Below, one piece after another: positions 1 through 8,251 of a DNA stretch of 49,949 nucleotides. Position 1 is the first letter of the stretch. Each line of letters starts with the position of its first letter. Source of the stretch: a virus (taxonomy: Duplodnaviria > Caudoviricetes); the IMG/VR virus record IMGVR_UViG_3300037470_000128, positions 1 to 49,949 of that record. One strand, given 5' to 3'. Under the pieces are notes generated by a model. It made no database searches, was not told the DNA's origin, and saw only the letters and a list, made by a program, of their open reading frames with translations. A program made the translations under genes and the position numbers.

Positions 1-729
1 CTGTCACTGAAGTCGGATCGCTGGGCCGGCGCTGATCACTGGGAAGCCGCGGGCGACCCGAAGCTGACCCTCGCTGAGATCCTGTCCCGGTCTGAAGTTG
101 CCGTTTTTGGCATCGACGGCGGTGGTCTTGATGACCTTCTCGGCCTATCGCTGGTAGGGCGAGAGCGCGACACCCGCCGCTGGCTGCATTGGTCGCATGC
201 CTGGGCCCACAAGATTGTGCTGGAGCGCAGAAAGGACATCGTTTCGCAGTTGCGCGACTTCGAGGAGGACGGCGACCTGACTATCGTCGATCGGCCAGGA
301 GACGACATCGACCAACTGGCGGACATCATCTGCCAGGTTAGAGATGCCGGCTTGCTGCCAGATCAAAAAGCCATCGGCGTGGATTCTGCAGGCATCGGCG
401 ACATCATTGACGAGCTAACCACCGATGACCGCGGCATCACAATGGACCAGATTGTGGCAGTGTCTCAGGGCTGGCGACTGAATGGCGCGATCAAAACCAC
501 TGAGCGCAAGGTCGCCGGCGGTGAGCTCGTCCACGGCGCCACCCGGTTAATGGCCTGGTGCGTCGGCAACGCACGCACCGTCGCAGTCGGCAACGCCATC
601 GCGATCAATAAGCAAGTCAGCGGTTCGGCAAAAATCGACCCGCTGATGGCAACTTTCGATGCCACCACGCTGATGGCGCTGAATCCGGCACCGTCGAGGC
701 CAAACGAATATCAGATGTTTTTCGTGTAG
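1..729 (+). CDS. terL: Terminase large subunit, C-terminal nuclease region (5'-truncated by window edge)
   Basis: Frame is open from base 1 (LSLKSDRWAGADHW...FGIDGGGLDDLLGL) through KIDPLMA; motifs typical of HK97-like TerL; lies directly upstream of the head genes. Confidence 0.92.
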   Translation: MSLKSDRWAGADHWEAAGDPKLTLAEILSRSEVAVFGIDGGGLDDLLGLSLVGRERDTRRWLHWSHAWAHKIVLERRKDIVSQLRDFEEDGDLTIVDRPGDDIDQLADIICQVRDAGLLPDQKAIGVDSAGIGDIIDELTTDDRGITMDQIVAVSQGWRLNGAIKTTERKVAGGELVHGATRLMAWCVGNARTVAVGNAIAINKQVSGSAKIDPLMATFDATTLMALNPAPSRPNEYQMFFV

Positions 730-748
730 CTGAGGCTTCACCCTTATA

Positions 749-771
749 ACCCGCCATCGAGCGGGCTTTCT
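749..771 (+). terminator. Possible intrinsic terminator or hairpin after terL
   Basis: CCCGC-CATCGA-GCGGG stem-loop followed by CTTTT. Confidence 0.45.
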
Positions 772-790
772 CGTTATTGGAGAACCCGGA

Positions 791-2779
791 ATGAATCTCG
801 AAAAGATGGCATCCGATACAAATCGAGTATATAGCGTCATCGACATCAAGGCGGTAGATGACGAAAAGCGTGAGTTCATGGGGATTGCGTCGACCCCTTC
901 CACGGACCGCATGAACGACATCGTTGAGCCTGGCGGTGCACAATATAAGCTACCGATTGCATTGCTTTGGCAGCACGACCGCATGATGCCTGTTGGTATC
1001 ATCATCACCGCCAAGGCGACAAAGGCTGGTATCGAAGTGCACGGCAGCATCCCGAGAGTTGATACGCCGCTTGGATTGGCCGCACGCCTAGAAGAAGCTT
1101 GGCAGTCGCTGAAGCATAATCTGGTTCGCGGGCTGTCAATCGGATTCAGACCCATCGAATACAGTTTTATGGACAATGACGGCATCCACTTCACGAAGTG
1201 GGATTGGTTGGAATTGTCCCTGGTGACAATCCCGGCAAATTCCGAGGCAACCATTACCACCATCAAGTCCCTCGACCAACAGCTGCAAGCCGCGTCAGGC
1301 AAAGCGCAGTCGAAAGTCGTTCGACTGATCAACCCTGCCGGCGCTTCGGCAAAAACAAAGTCAATCCCCATTCCGAAGCCCCAGGAGGGCAAAAACGTGA
1401 ATATTGAAGAGCAAATCAAAGGCTTCGAGGCGACTCGTCAAGCCAAGGCTGCCCGCATGACCCAGATCATGGAGAAGGCCGGCGAAGAAGGCCGCACCCT
1501 GGACGAAGCCGAGACGGATGAATACGACGGCCTCGAACAGGAGGTGAAATCCACCGACTCCCACCTGAAGCGCCTGCGCGACATGCAGAAGCTGAACGCC
1601 GAAAAGGCGCAGGAGATTGAGGACGTTTCCGGCATGCAGCAGCGCGACCGCGTCCCGCAGACTGCCAAGCTGCAGGAAAAGCTTCAGCCCGGTATCGAAT
1701 TCGCCCGTTACGCCATGTGCCTCGGCGCGGCCAAGGGCGACGTGAACACGGCGAAGTCGATCGCGGAGAATCGTTTCCCGAACAGCCAGCGCATCCATGT
1801 CGCACTGAAGGCGGCGGTGGCTGCCGGCTCGACCACCGATGCTACCTGGGCGCTGCCGCTGGTGGAATACAACCAGTTTGCCGGCGACTTCATCGAGTTT
1901 CTGCGACCGCAGACCATTATCGGCAAGTTCGGGCTGAACGGCATCCCATCTCTGCGGATGATTCCGTTCAACGTCCATATCCGCGGCGCAACATCTGGTG
2001 GTACCGGCTACTGGGTTGGTCAGGGCAAGCCGAAGCCGGTCACCAAGTTCGGCTTCAACGATACCTACCATGGCTATGCCAAAGCGGCTGCTATCTCGGT
2101 ATTGACGGAAGAACTTCTGCGTTTCAGCAACCCGTCTGCAGAAGCCCTTGTCAGGGACCTGCTGGCCGGCGCGATCATCGAACGGCTGGATATCGATTTT
2201 GTTGATCCGACCAAGGCGGCCGTATCCAACGAATCTCCCGCATCCGTCTCTTACGGCGTGACCCCGGTGGAATCGACCGGCAACACTGCCGACGACATCC
2301 GTGTCGATGTGGGCGCGGCAATGGCCAAATTCATCGCCGCCAACATTACGCCGGCTGCGGGTGTCTGGATCATGTCGGCTACCACGGCACTGAACTTGTC
2401 GCTAATGCGGAATGCACTGGGCCAGAAAGAGTTTCCGGACATCACAATGATGGGCGGTAGTTTTGAGGGCCTCCCGGTTATCGTGTCCGAGCACGTCCCG
2501 ACCAGCTCCGCCGGTCACGTGGTTCTCCTGGCCAACGCCACGGATATCTACCTGTCCGACGATGGCAATGTGGTGCTTGATGCCAGCCGCGAGGCTTCCA
2601 TCCAGATGCTGGACGACCCGACCAACGACAGTGTCACGCCGACCGCCACCAGCATGGTCTCGATGTTCCAGACCAACAGTGTGGCGCTGCGCGCCGAACG
2701 CTGGATCAACTGGTCTAAGCGCCGTGACGCCGCGGTGCAGCTGATCAATAACGTCAACTGGGGCGAGGCATCGTCCTAA
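791..2779 (+). CDS. Fused prohead protease / HK97-fold major capsid protein
   Basis: N-terminal U35/S78 protease motifs (LLWQHD, GLSIGFRP, ELSLVTIPAN); C-terminal HK97 capsid motifs (WVGQGKPKP, SMFQTNSVALRAER). Confidence 0.93.
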   Translation: MNLEKMASDTNRVYSVIDIKAVDDEKREFMGIASTPSTDRMNDIVEPGGAQYKLPIALLWQHDRMMPVGIIITAKATKAGIEVHGSIPRVDTPLGLAARLEEAWQSLKHNLVRGLSIGFRPIEYSFMDNDGIHFTKWDWLELSLVTIPANSEATITTIKSLDQQLQAASGKAQSKVVRLINPAGASAKTKSIPIPKPQEGKNVNIEEQIKGFEATRQAKAARMTQIMEKAGEEGRTLDEAETDEYDGLEQEVKSTDSHLKRLRDMQKLNAEKAQEIEDVSGMQQRDRVPQTAKLQEKLQPGIEFARYAMCLGAAKGDVNTAKSIAENRFPNSQRIHVALKAAVAAGSTTDATWALPLVEYNQFAGDFIEFLRPQTIIGKFGLNGIPSLRMIPFNVHIRGATSGGTGYWVGQGKPKPVTKFGFNDTYHGYAKAAAISVLTEELLRFSNPSAEALVRDLLAGAIIERLDIDFVDPTKAAVSNESPASVSYGVTPVESTGNTADDIRVDVGAAMAKFIAANITPAAGVWIMSATTALNLSLMRNALGQKEFPDITMMGGSFEGLPVIVSEHVPTSSAGHVVLLANATDIYLSDDGNVVLDASREASIQMLDDPTNDSVTPTATSMVSMFQTNSVALRAERWINWSKRRDAAVQLINNVNWGEASS

Positions 2780-2787
2780 ACCCATTA

Positions 2788-2815
2788 GGCCCGCTCCGGC
2801 GGGCCGCTTCCTTTT
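2788..2815 (+). terminator. Intrinsic terminator-like hairpin after capsid gene
   Basis: GGCCCGC-TCCG-GCGGGCC stem-loop then GCTTCCTTTT. Confidence 0.6.
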
Positions 2816-2890
2816 CCAATTGGTGCTGATTTCCTGATCCGTCAATTGGAAAAGGGTGCTGAAACCCATTTTTGTCAATTGGAGTTAGCG

Positions 2891-3229
2891 ATGACCAAAC
2901 GCACCCTGCGCGCCATTGGGCGATGTGGCCCGCACGCCAAAGGCTCGACCTTTACCGAGCCTGCCCATATCGCAAAAGTCTTTGTCTCGCTGGGCCGTGC
3001 CGCCTACATTGAAACCTCAAGCCAGGATTACATGACCCGCGATATGAGAGCTGACGAATCTGCTACGAAACCGGTTGATGCGGCCGTCGATATCGTGGTG
3101 TCCTATTCGGTGCGTGCGTTTGCCGCAGAGAACGGCGTCCACCTGGGTGTGGTTACCGGCACCGGCGTCAATGGACGAATCCTCAAAGGCGACGTCCAAG
3201 CCGTGATCGACAATCAGGGTGACGCATGA
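2891..3229 (+). CDS. Small head-region protein with C-terminal E3-binding (PSBD)-like domain
   Basis: GGAG RBS before ATG 2891; C-terminus SYSVRAFAAENGVHLGVVTGTGVNGRILKGDVQAVI matches the PSBD consensus. Confidence 0.75.
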   Translation: MTKRTLRAIGRCGPHAKGSTFTEPAHIAKVFVSLGRAAYIETSSQDYMTRDMRADESATKPVDAAVDIVVSYSVRAFAAENGVHLGVVTGTGVNGRILKGDVQAVIDNQGDA

Positions 3230-3438
3230 CGCGGCGTCGTTTTTCTGTTGCGGCGCGGGACGTCGGCAACACGCTGAAGTCCGCGGTGTTCTGGATGGTG
3301 CTGTTTGCTCTGTGCGGCGCCGGCATGCTGGTGGCCGGAATTTGGCTGCTATATGGCATGCCATTGGCGCTGCTCGGTGGATCTGCCTGCTCGTTTCTGT
3401 TCTCGACCATCATTCTGCGCGGGGTAAGCCGTGGCTAA
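3226..3438 (+). CDS. Small two-TM membrane protein
   Basis: Two hydrophobic stretches; overlaps the upstream stop (ATGA) and the portal start. Confidence 0.7.
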   Translation: MTRRRFSVAARDVGNTLKSAVFWMVLFALCGAGMLVAGIWLLYGMPLALLGGSACSFLFSTIILRGVSRG

Positions 3439-4780
3439 CGTCCTGAAAGCACTGACCAGTGCGTTCAAGAAGTCACACGTCGCTCCGGTCGATAGCCGCG
3501 GCGGCTGGTGGCCTTGGATCCGCGAGCCGTACTCAGGCGCCTGGCAGAACAATGAGGACTGGTCGGTATCCAGCGTCCTGGAGCACCCCGTTGTTTACCG
3601 CTGTATCGGCCTGATCTCGTCGGATATAGGCAAGCTGCGAATCGGCCTGATGCAGCGTGATAAGGATGGCATCTGGACGTGGGCCAATAGCGCGTCGGTG
3701 AATGCGCTGCTGCGCAAGCCTAACCGCTACCAGAACCACATCCAGTTCAAAGAATCATGGATGATTTCAAAACTCATTCGGGGCAACACCTACGTACTGA
3801 AACAGCGCGATGCCCGTGGCAATACCGGAGCTCTTTACGTGCTCGATCCCAGCAGGGTGCAGGTTCTGGTGGCCCAGGACGGGTCGGTGTTCTATCAGTT
3901 GTCCCAGGACAGCCTGGTTGGGCAGGAGAGCACATCCGTAACGGTTCCGGCCTCAGAGATCATCCACGACCGTATGAACTGCTTTTTCCATCCGATGGTG
4001 GGTATATCCCCCCTATTTGCCGCTGGCATGTCAGCCACGCAGGGGCTACGCATCATCAACGACAGCGCCAAGTTTTTCGATAATGGTGCGCGTCCGAGTG
4101 GCATTCTGTCTGCCCCCGGGGCGATCAGCGACGAGACGGCGGGGCGCATGAAGGCGCACTGGGACGCAAACTATACCGGCGACAACGCCGGCAAGGTGGC
4201 AGTGCTCGGCGACGGATTGAAATTCGAGCCCATGCGCATGACCAGTGTCGATGCACAGCTGGTGGAGCAGATGCACAGTTCGGACGAGTCGATTTGCACC
4301 GCCTTCGGTGTGCCGGCCTACAAGGTAGGCGTCGGCCAGATGCCGACGCACGACAACATTGACGCGCTGACACAGGACTACTACTCACAGTGCCTGCAGG
4401 TGCACATCGAATCGATGGAGGCAGGGCTCGACGAGGGGCTTGATGTACCGGCCAATCAACGCACCGAGCTGGATCTTAACGGCCTGATCCGCATGGATTC
4501 GGGCAAACAAATCGAAACCCTGGTAGCTGGTGTGCGCGGGTCCGTCTACACCCCGAACGAGGGCCGCAAGCGCATCAATCTGAAACCGCTCACCGGTGGC
4601 GATACCGTTTACATGCAGCACCAAGACTATTCAATCCAGGCGCTGGCCTGGCGCGACGCCCAGCCTAACCCGTTTGACCCGACGCCCACGACGCAGCCTG
4701 CACCAGCAGGAACCGAGCAAGACAGCGAGGACCAGATGCGCATGCTGGCGCTGCTGGTCGAAAAGGAGCTACGCCAGTGA
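3431..4780 (+). CDS. HK97-family portal protein
   Basis: LLRKPNRYQ, LIRGNTYV, EIIHDR, GISPL, FFDNGARPSGIL, TPNEGR motifs. Confidence 0.95.
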   Translation: MANVLKALTSAFKKSHVAPVDSRGGWWPWIREPYSGAWQNNEDWSVSSVLEHPVVYRCIGLISSDIGKLRIGLMQRDKDGIWTWANSASVNALLRKPNRYQNHIQFKESWMISKLIRGNTYVLKQRDARGNTGALYVLDPSRVQVLVAQDGSVFYQLSQDSLVGQESTSVTVPASEIIHDRMNCFFHPMVGISPLFAAGMSATQGLRIINDSAKFFDNGARPSGILSAPGAISDETAGRMKAHWDANYTGDNAGKVAVLGDGLKFEPMRMTSVDAQLVEQMHSSDESICTAFGVPAYKVGVGQMPTHDNIDALTQDYYSQCLQVHIESMEAGLDEGLDVPANQRTELDLNGLIRMDSGKQIETLVAGVRGSVYTPNEGRKRINLKPLTGGDTVYMQHQDYSIQALAWRDAQPNPFDPTPTTQPAPAGTEQDSEDQMRMLALLVEKELRQ

Positions 4781-6006
4781 ATCTTAAAGACCTGACTGCC
4801 CAGGCCAAGGCGCTGGCGCCGGTGATTCGGGATTTCGTATCGAAATCCGTTGCTACATTGCGTGACGAGTTCACAAAAACGCTAAAGCAGCGTGATGAAG
4901 AGTGGATGGCGAAGTTTCGCGAGATAGAGCAGCAGCAGGACGGCGTCACGGCTGACGACATCGCCGCGAAGGCCGCCGAACTCATCCCGACCCCGCGGGA
5001 CGGAAAGGACGCTGACCCCGAAGCCATCAAGCAAATGGTTGAGGAAGCGGTCGCACTGATTCCAGCGCCTCGGGATGGCAGTGACGGTGCCGATGGCAAG
5101 GATGGACAGTCAGGACAGCCAGGTGAGAAAGGTGCGACAGGCCAGGAGGGCAAAGACGGAAAAGACGGAAAAGACGGAAAGGATGCTGAACCGGTCGACG
5201 TCGAGGCGATCATCGATCAGCTGAAAGGATATATTGACGATAAATTCGCTGCGCTACCCGTGCCGGCGGACGGCAAGGACGGCACCAGCATCACCATCGA
5301 TGATGTGCAGCCACTGCTGTCCGAACTGGTCACCAGTGCCGTCACCGAGATACCGGCGCCGACGAATGGCGTTGACGGAAAGGATGGGAAAGACGGTTCC
5401 GATGGCAAGAGCGTCGAGCCTGAATATGCCCGATCAATGCTTAAAGAATTGGTTGACCATCGTCTTGCCGATATCAAGCTACCGCAGGACGGTGCCCCGG
5501 GGCGCGACGCGATCGATATCGACATCCTGCCATCCATCGACCCGGAAAAGTCCTATACGCGGGGGACCTACGCCACCTACGACGGCGGTCTTTGGCGCGC
5601 CCACGCAACCACCGACGGCATGCGTGGCTGGGAATGCGTCGTCGACGGTATCAAAAGCATAGACATCAACCGAAACGATGATCGCAGCTTTGGCGTAATG
5701 GTGAATCGCTCCAGCGGCGAGTCACACCTGTCGACGTTCACGCTGCCAATCGTTATCGACAAAGGCGTCTACAAGCAATCCGACAGCTACCATGCAGGCG
5801 ACGGAGTGACCTGGGCAGGATCCTACTGGATCGCGCAGAAGGACGAGCCCAGCCAGAAGCCTGGCGAGGGTGAAGGATGGCGCTTGGCGGTGAAAAAAGG
5901 CCGCGATGGCAAGCATGGCGAAAAGGGTGACAAAGGCGATCAGGGACAGCCCGGCAACGCCGGCCGCGATCTGACGCAGATGGGCCCTGACGGGAGCAAA
6001 TGGTAA
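4777..6006 (+). CDS. Collagen-like (GxxG/DGKDG repeat) portal-associated head protein
   Basis: N-terminal coiled coil, many DGKDG and Gly-X-Y repeats, C-terminal GDGVTWAGSYWIA and WRLAVKKGRDGK motifs. Confidence 0.8.
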   Translation: MNLKDLTAQAKALAPVIRDFVSKSVATLRDEFTKTLKQRDEEWMAKFREIEQQQDGVTADDIAAKAAELIPTPRDGKDADPEAIKQMVEEAVALIPAPRDGSDGADGKDGQSGQPGEKGATGQEGKDGKDGKDGKDAEPVDVEAIIDQLKGYIDDKFAALPVPADGKDGTSITIDDVQPLLSELVTSAVTEIPAPTNGVDGKDGKDGSDGKSVEPEYARSMLKELVDHRLADIKLPQDGAPGRDAIDIDILPSIDPEKSYTRGTYATYDGGLWRAHATTDGMRGWECVVDGIKSIDINRNDDRSFGVMVNRSSGESHLSTFTLPIVIDKGVYKQSDSYHAGDGVTWAGSYWIAQKDEPSQKPGEGEGWRLAVKKGRDGKHGEKGDKGDQGQPGNAGRDLTQMGPDGSKW

Positions 6007-6383
6007 TGCTGCAGTACGTCACGCTCCAGCAGGCCAAGGACCATCTGCGAGTCGACCATGATACCGAAGACAACGACATCACGCTGAAGATCGTTGCCGC
6101 TTCGGGTGCCATAAAGAATTACCTCAAGTCTTCATCGCCTTATGAGCCGATGCGCGACTCGAACGACACCCCACTGCTGGATAGCAACGACATTCCGATT
6201 CTGGACGAGGATTCAAGCGGCAACCCTATTGTCCGCTGGGAGGTGCGCGCCGCGGTCCTTATGCTGCTGGGTATTTTCTATCGGGACCGTGATGGTCAGG
6301 AAATGAAGGACTGGGCCCAGGGATACTTGCCGGCACCGATCACCGCGCTTCTTTACCCGCTCAGAGACCCGGCCATCGCATGA
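6006..6383 (+). CDS. Head-tail connector (HK97 gp6-like)
   Basis: VTLQQAKDHLRVD ... AAVLMLLGIFYRDR ... LLYPLR. Confidence 0.9.
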   Translation: MLQYVTLQQAKDHLRVDHDTEDNDITLKIVAASGAIKNYLKSSSPYEPMRDSNDTPLLDSNDIPILDEDSSGNPIVRWEVRAAVLMLLGIFYRDRDGQEMKDWAQGYLPAPITALLYPLRDPAIA

Positions 6384-6739
6384 GTCTATCCGCCGGCCGC
6401 CTGCGCCATCGCATCACCATCCAACAGCTCGTCACCACCGGGCAGGATCCTACTACCGGTGAGCTCAATCAGGAATGGCAGGATCTGCATACCAGAGTAC
6501 CCGCAGCGATCGAACCGCTGAGCGCTCGCGAGTTCATGGCGTCTCAGGCGGTGCAGTCTAAATACAGCGCCCGCATCGTGATCCGGTACCGCGCCGGACT
6601 GGACCCTGCCATGCGTATCGTTGGCGTCTGCGGTTGCCATGATGGGAGGATTTTCAACCCGGCTGGCTGGCTGGCCGATCCTGACAGTGGGATCGAGTAT
6701 CTGACTGCGCCGGTGTCAGAGGGTATCGATAATGGTTAG
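6380..6739 (+). CDS. Head closure protein / head-tail adaptor (SPP1 gp16-like)
   Basis: AGRLRHRITIQ, AAIEPLSAREF, RIVIRYR motifs. Confidence 0.9.
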   Translation: MSLSAGRLRHRITIQQLVTTGQDPTTGELNQEWQDLHTRVPAAIEPLSAREFMASQAVQSKYSARIVIRYRAGLDPAMRIVGVCGCHDGRIFNPAGWLADPDSGIEYLTAPVSEGIDNG

Positions 6740-6957
6740 GGGCCACTGATTTCTGTGCCATCGATCTTATATGTGATGGTCACATCGAGTGCATTGAATA
6801 GCTTGGCAATAGTCGAGGCGCGCATGTCGGACTTGCCAGACTCGAAAGTCGCAATCGACACTTGGCTGACGCCTGCTATGTGAGCAAGTTCAGCCTGCGA
6901 TACTCCGCGCAGGTGGCGGATTGCGCGTAATTTAGGACCGGTAATCATAGTGCCCAT
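6736..6957 (-). CDS. XRE-family HTH transcriptional regulator, divergent from the Cas7-like gene
   Basis: LRAIRHLRGVSQAELAHIAGVSQVSIATFESGK is a classic Cro/CI HTH; GAGG RBS upstream. Confidence 0.9.
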   Translation of the reverse strand: MGTMITGPKLRAIRHLRGVSQAELAHIAGVSQVSIATFESGKSDMRASTIAKLFNALDVTITYKIDGTEISGP

Positions 6958-7056
6958 TGTAAGCCTCGCAAGCTGATTTAAAAATACAGAAAACTATTGC
7001 AATAGTATAGCGAGCTGCATTAACCTTCAAGGGTAAGGCAACCCTTGGAGGAAGTT
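6958..7056. promoter_or_regulatory. Divergent promoter region with perfect 14-bp palindrome (candidate XRE operator)
   Basis: ACTATTGCAATAGT at 6993-7006 overlaps TTGCAA (-35-like); hairpin CAAGGGT/ACCCTTG at 7028-7047 next to the GGAGG RBS. Confidence 0.6.
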
Positions 7057-7632
7057 ATGGAAACGATCAAAGTTAAAATCATTGGCACCCGCCCGCTGCT
7101 GATGCATGCAGACATCTTATCGGATCCGCTTAATGCGGCCACAAAGGCTCACAAAGCTGTGACATCAAAGCGCAAAAAAACAGACGACGATTACGAATTC
7201 ATCGCGAAGTCTGAATGGAGTTCCGGTCTTTATTTTGATGACGATATTGGTCCTTACATTCCGGGTGCAAATATCGATGCAGCACTGGTATCTGGTGCGA
7301 AGCTTTGCAGACTCGGAACCCAGATTAAGCGCTCGGCGGAATGCATTGATGAACGATGCAGGCTTGAATATGAAGGTCCAAGAACTGTAATAGGGTTGTG
7401 GGATAAGGGTTTCTATGATGCAAGAACCGTGAAGAACCCCGGAAGCAGCTCCAGGATCGTGCGCTATCGCCCGGTGTTTCACAGATGGTCGCTAGAGTGT
7501 GAAATTGCCTATGATCCCGAGTCGATTGATCGTGCTCAGGTTGTCAAATGCCTGAAAGATGCAGGCATATACAGCGGCATCGGCGACTACCGCCCCAAGT
7601 TCGGCCGATTCGATGTCGAGGTAGTGAAATGA
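7057..7632 (+). CDS. Stand-alone Cas7/RAMP-like protein (Vipr-like candidate RNA-guided effector)
   Basis: N-terminal strand IKVKIIGTRPLLMH, PYIPGANIDAAL (compare Csm3/Cas7 PxIPGSSxKG), C-terminal glycine loop SGIGDYRPKFGRFDV; sits upstream of GGC-NN arrays. Confidence 0.75.
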   Translation: METIKVKIIGTRPLLMHADILSDPLNAATKAHKAVTSKRKKTDDDYEFIAKSEWSSGLYFDDDIGPYIPGANIDAALVSGAKLCRLGTQIKRSAECIDERCRLEYEGPRTVIGLWDKGFYDARTVKNPGSSSRIVRYRPVFHRWSLECEIAYDPESIDRAQVVKCLKDAGIYSGIGDYRPKFGRFDVEVVK

Positions 7633-8108
7633 CAACGGCGAGGCATTTCGCGATGACAGACTGGTCTCTTGAGAATGCGGTTTCCGATTTCTTGAAAGAA
7701 GAGTTCAAGGACGGTGATATGATCAGCCACGACTGGCTGCGAATGGCGCTTGACATCAATGCCCGCGCTATCAAAAAAAACGAGTTCATCCTGTTGGAGC
7801 GGATGGAAGCCTTTAAGACTGCACTTCTGGAAACGCATCAGATTGCGTTGCAGAACGTGCGCGGGAAAGGCTATCGGCTGGTGCCGCCTTCAGAGCAGGC
7901 GCGCTATGCGGCAGAGGAGCTTGCGCACTACATGAAGAAGGGTTTCAAGAAGGCCGATTCACTGCTGACCAATACGCGCTGTGATCAGTTGTCCACGGAT
8001 GAGCGTCGCCGCCATACGGACACCCAGATCAGAGTGGCGGCGCTATCCGGGATGGTTAGTAAGGGTAAACGTGATGTTTTCCTGCTCTTCAAGAATAGTA
8101 AGAAATAG
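7629..8108 (+). CDS. Accessory protein translationally coupled to the Cas7-like gene; possible winged-HTH
   Basis: ATGA overlap; LQNVRGKGYRL resembles a wHTH wing; helical C-terminus. Confidence 0.7.
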   Translation: MTTARHFAMTDWSLENAVSDFLKEEFKDGDMISHDWLRMALDINARAIKKNEFILLERMEAFKTALLETHQIALQNVRGKGYRLVPPSEQARYAAEELAHYMKKGFKKADSLLTNTRCDQLSTDERRRHTDTQIRVAALSGMVSKGKRDVFLLFKNSKK

Positions 8109-8129
8109 GAATATCTATTGTGTCGTTCC

Positions 8130-8190
8130 CTGGCGCGGCACGGCCTGGCGAGGCCTGGCAGGGCGGGGCATGGCCAGGCAGGGCATGGGC
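8130..8190 (+). ncRNA. Pentamer array 1, (GGC-NN)x11; candidate guide RNA
   Basis: GGC every 5 nt from 8132 to 8182; NN = GC AC CT GA CT AG GG AT CA AG AT. Confidence 0.7.
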
Positions 8191-8251
8191 TGAGAGTTCA
8201 GCGGGTGATCGGTTCATAGAGCCGTGATCCCGGTGGGTTTTCCACCATATC

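Noticed and set aside
547-2878. Long antisense ORFs over head genes (and similar ones genome-wide)
   Set aside because: Shadow ORFs expected in high-GC coding DNA; no motifs or RBS
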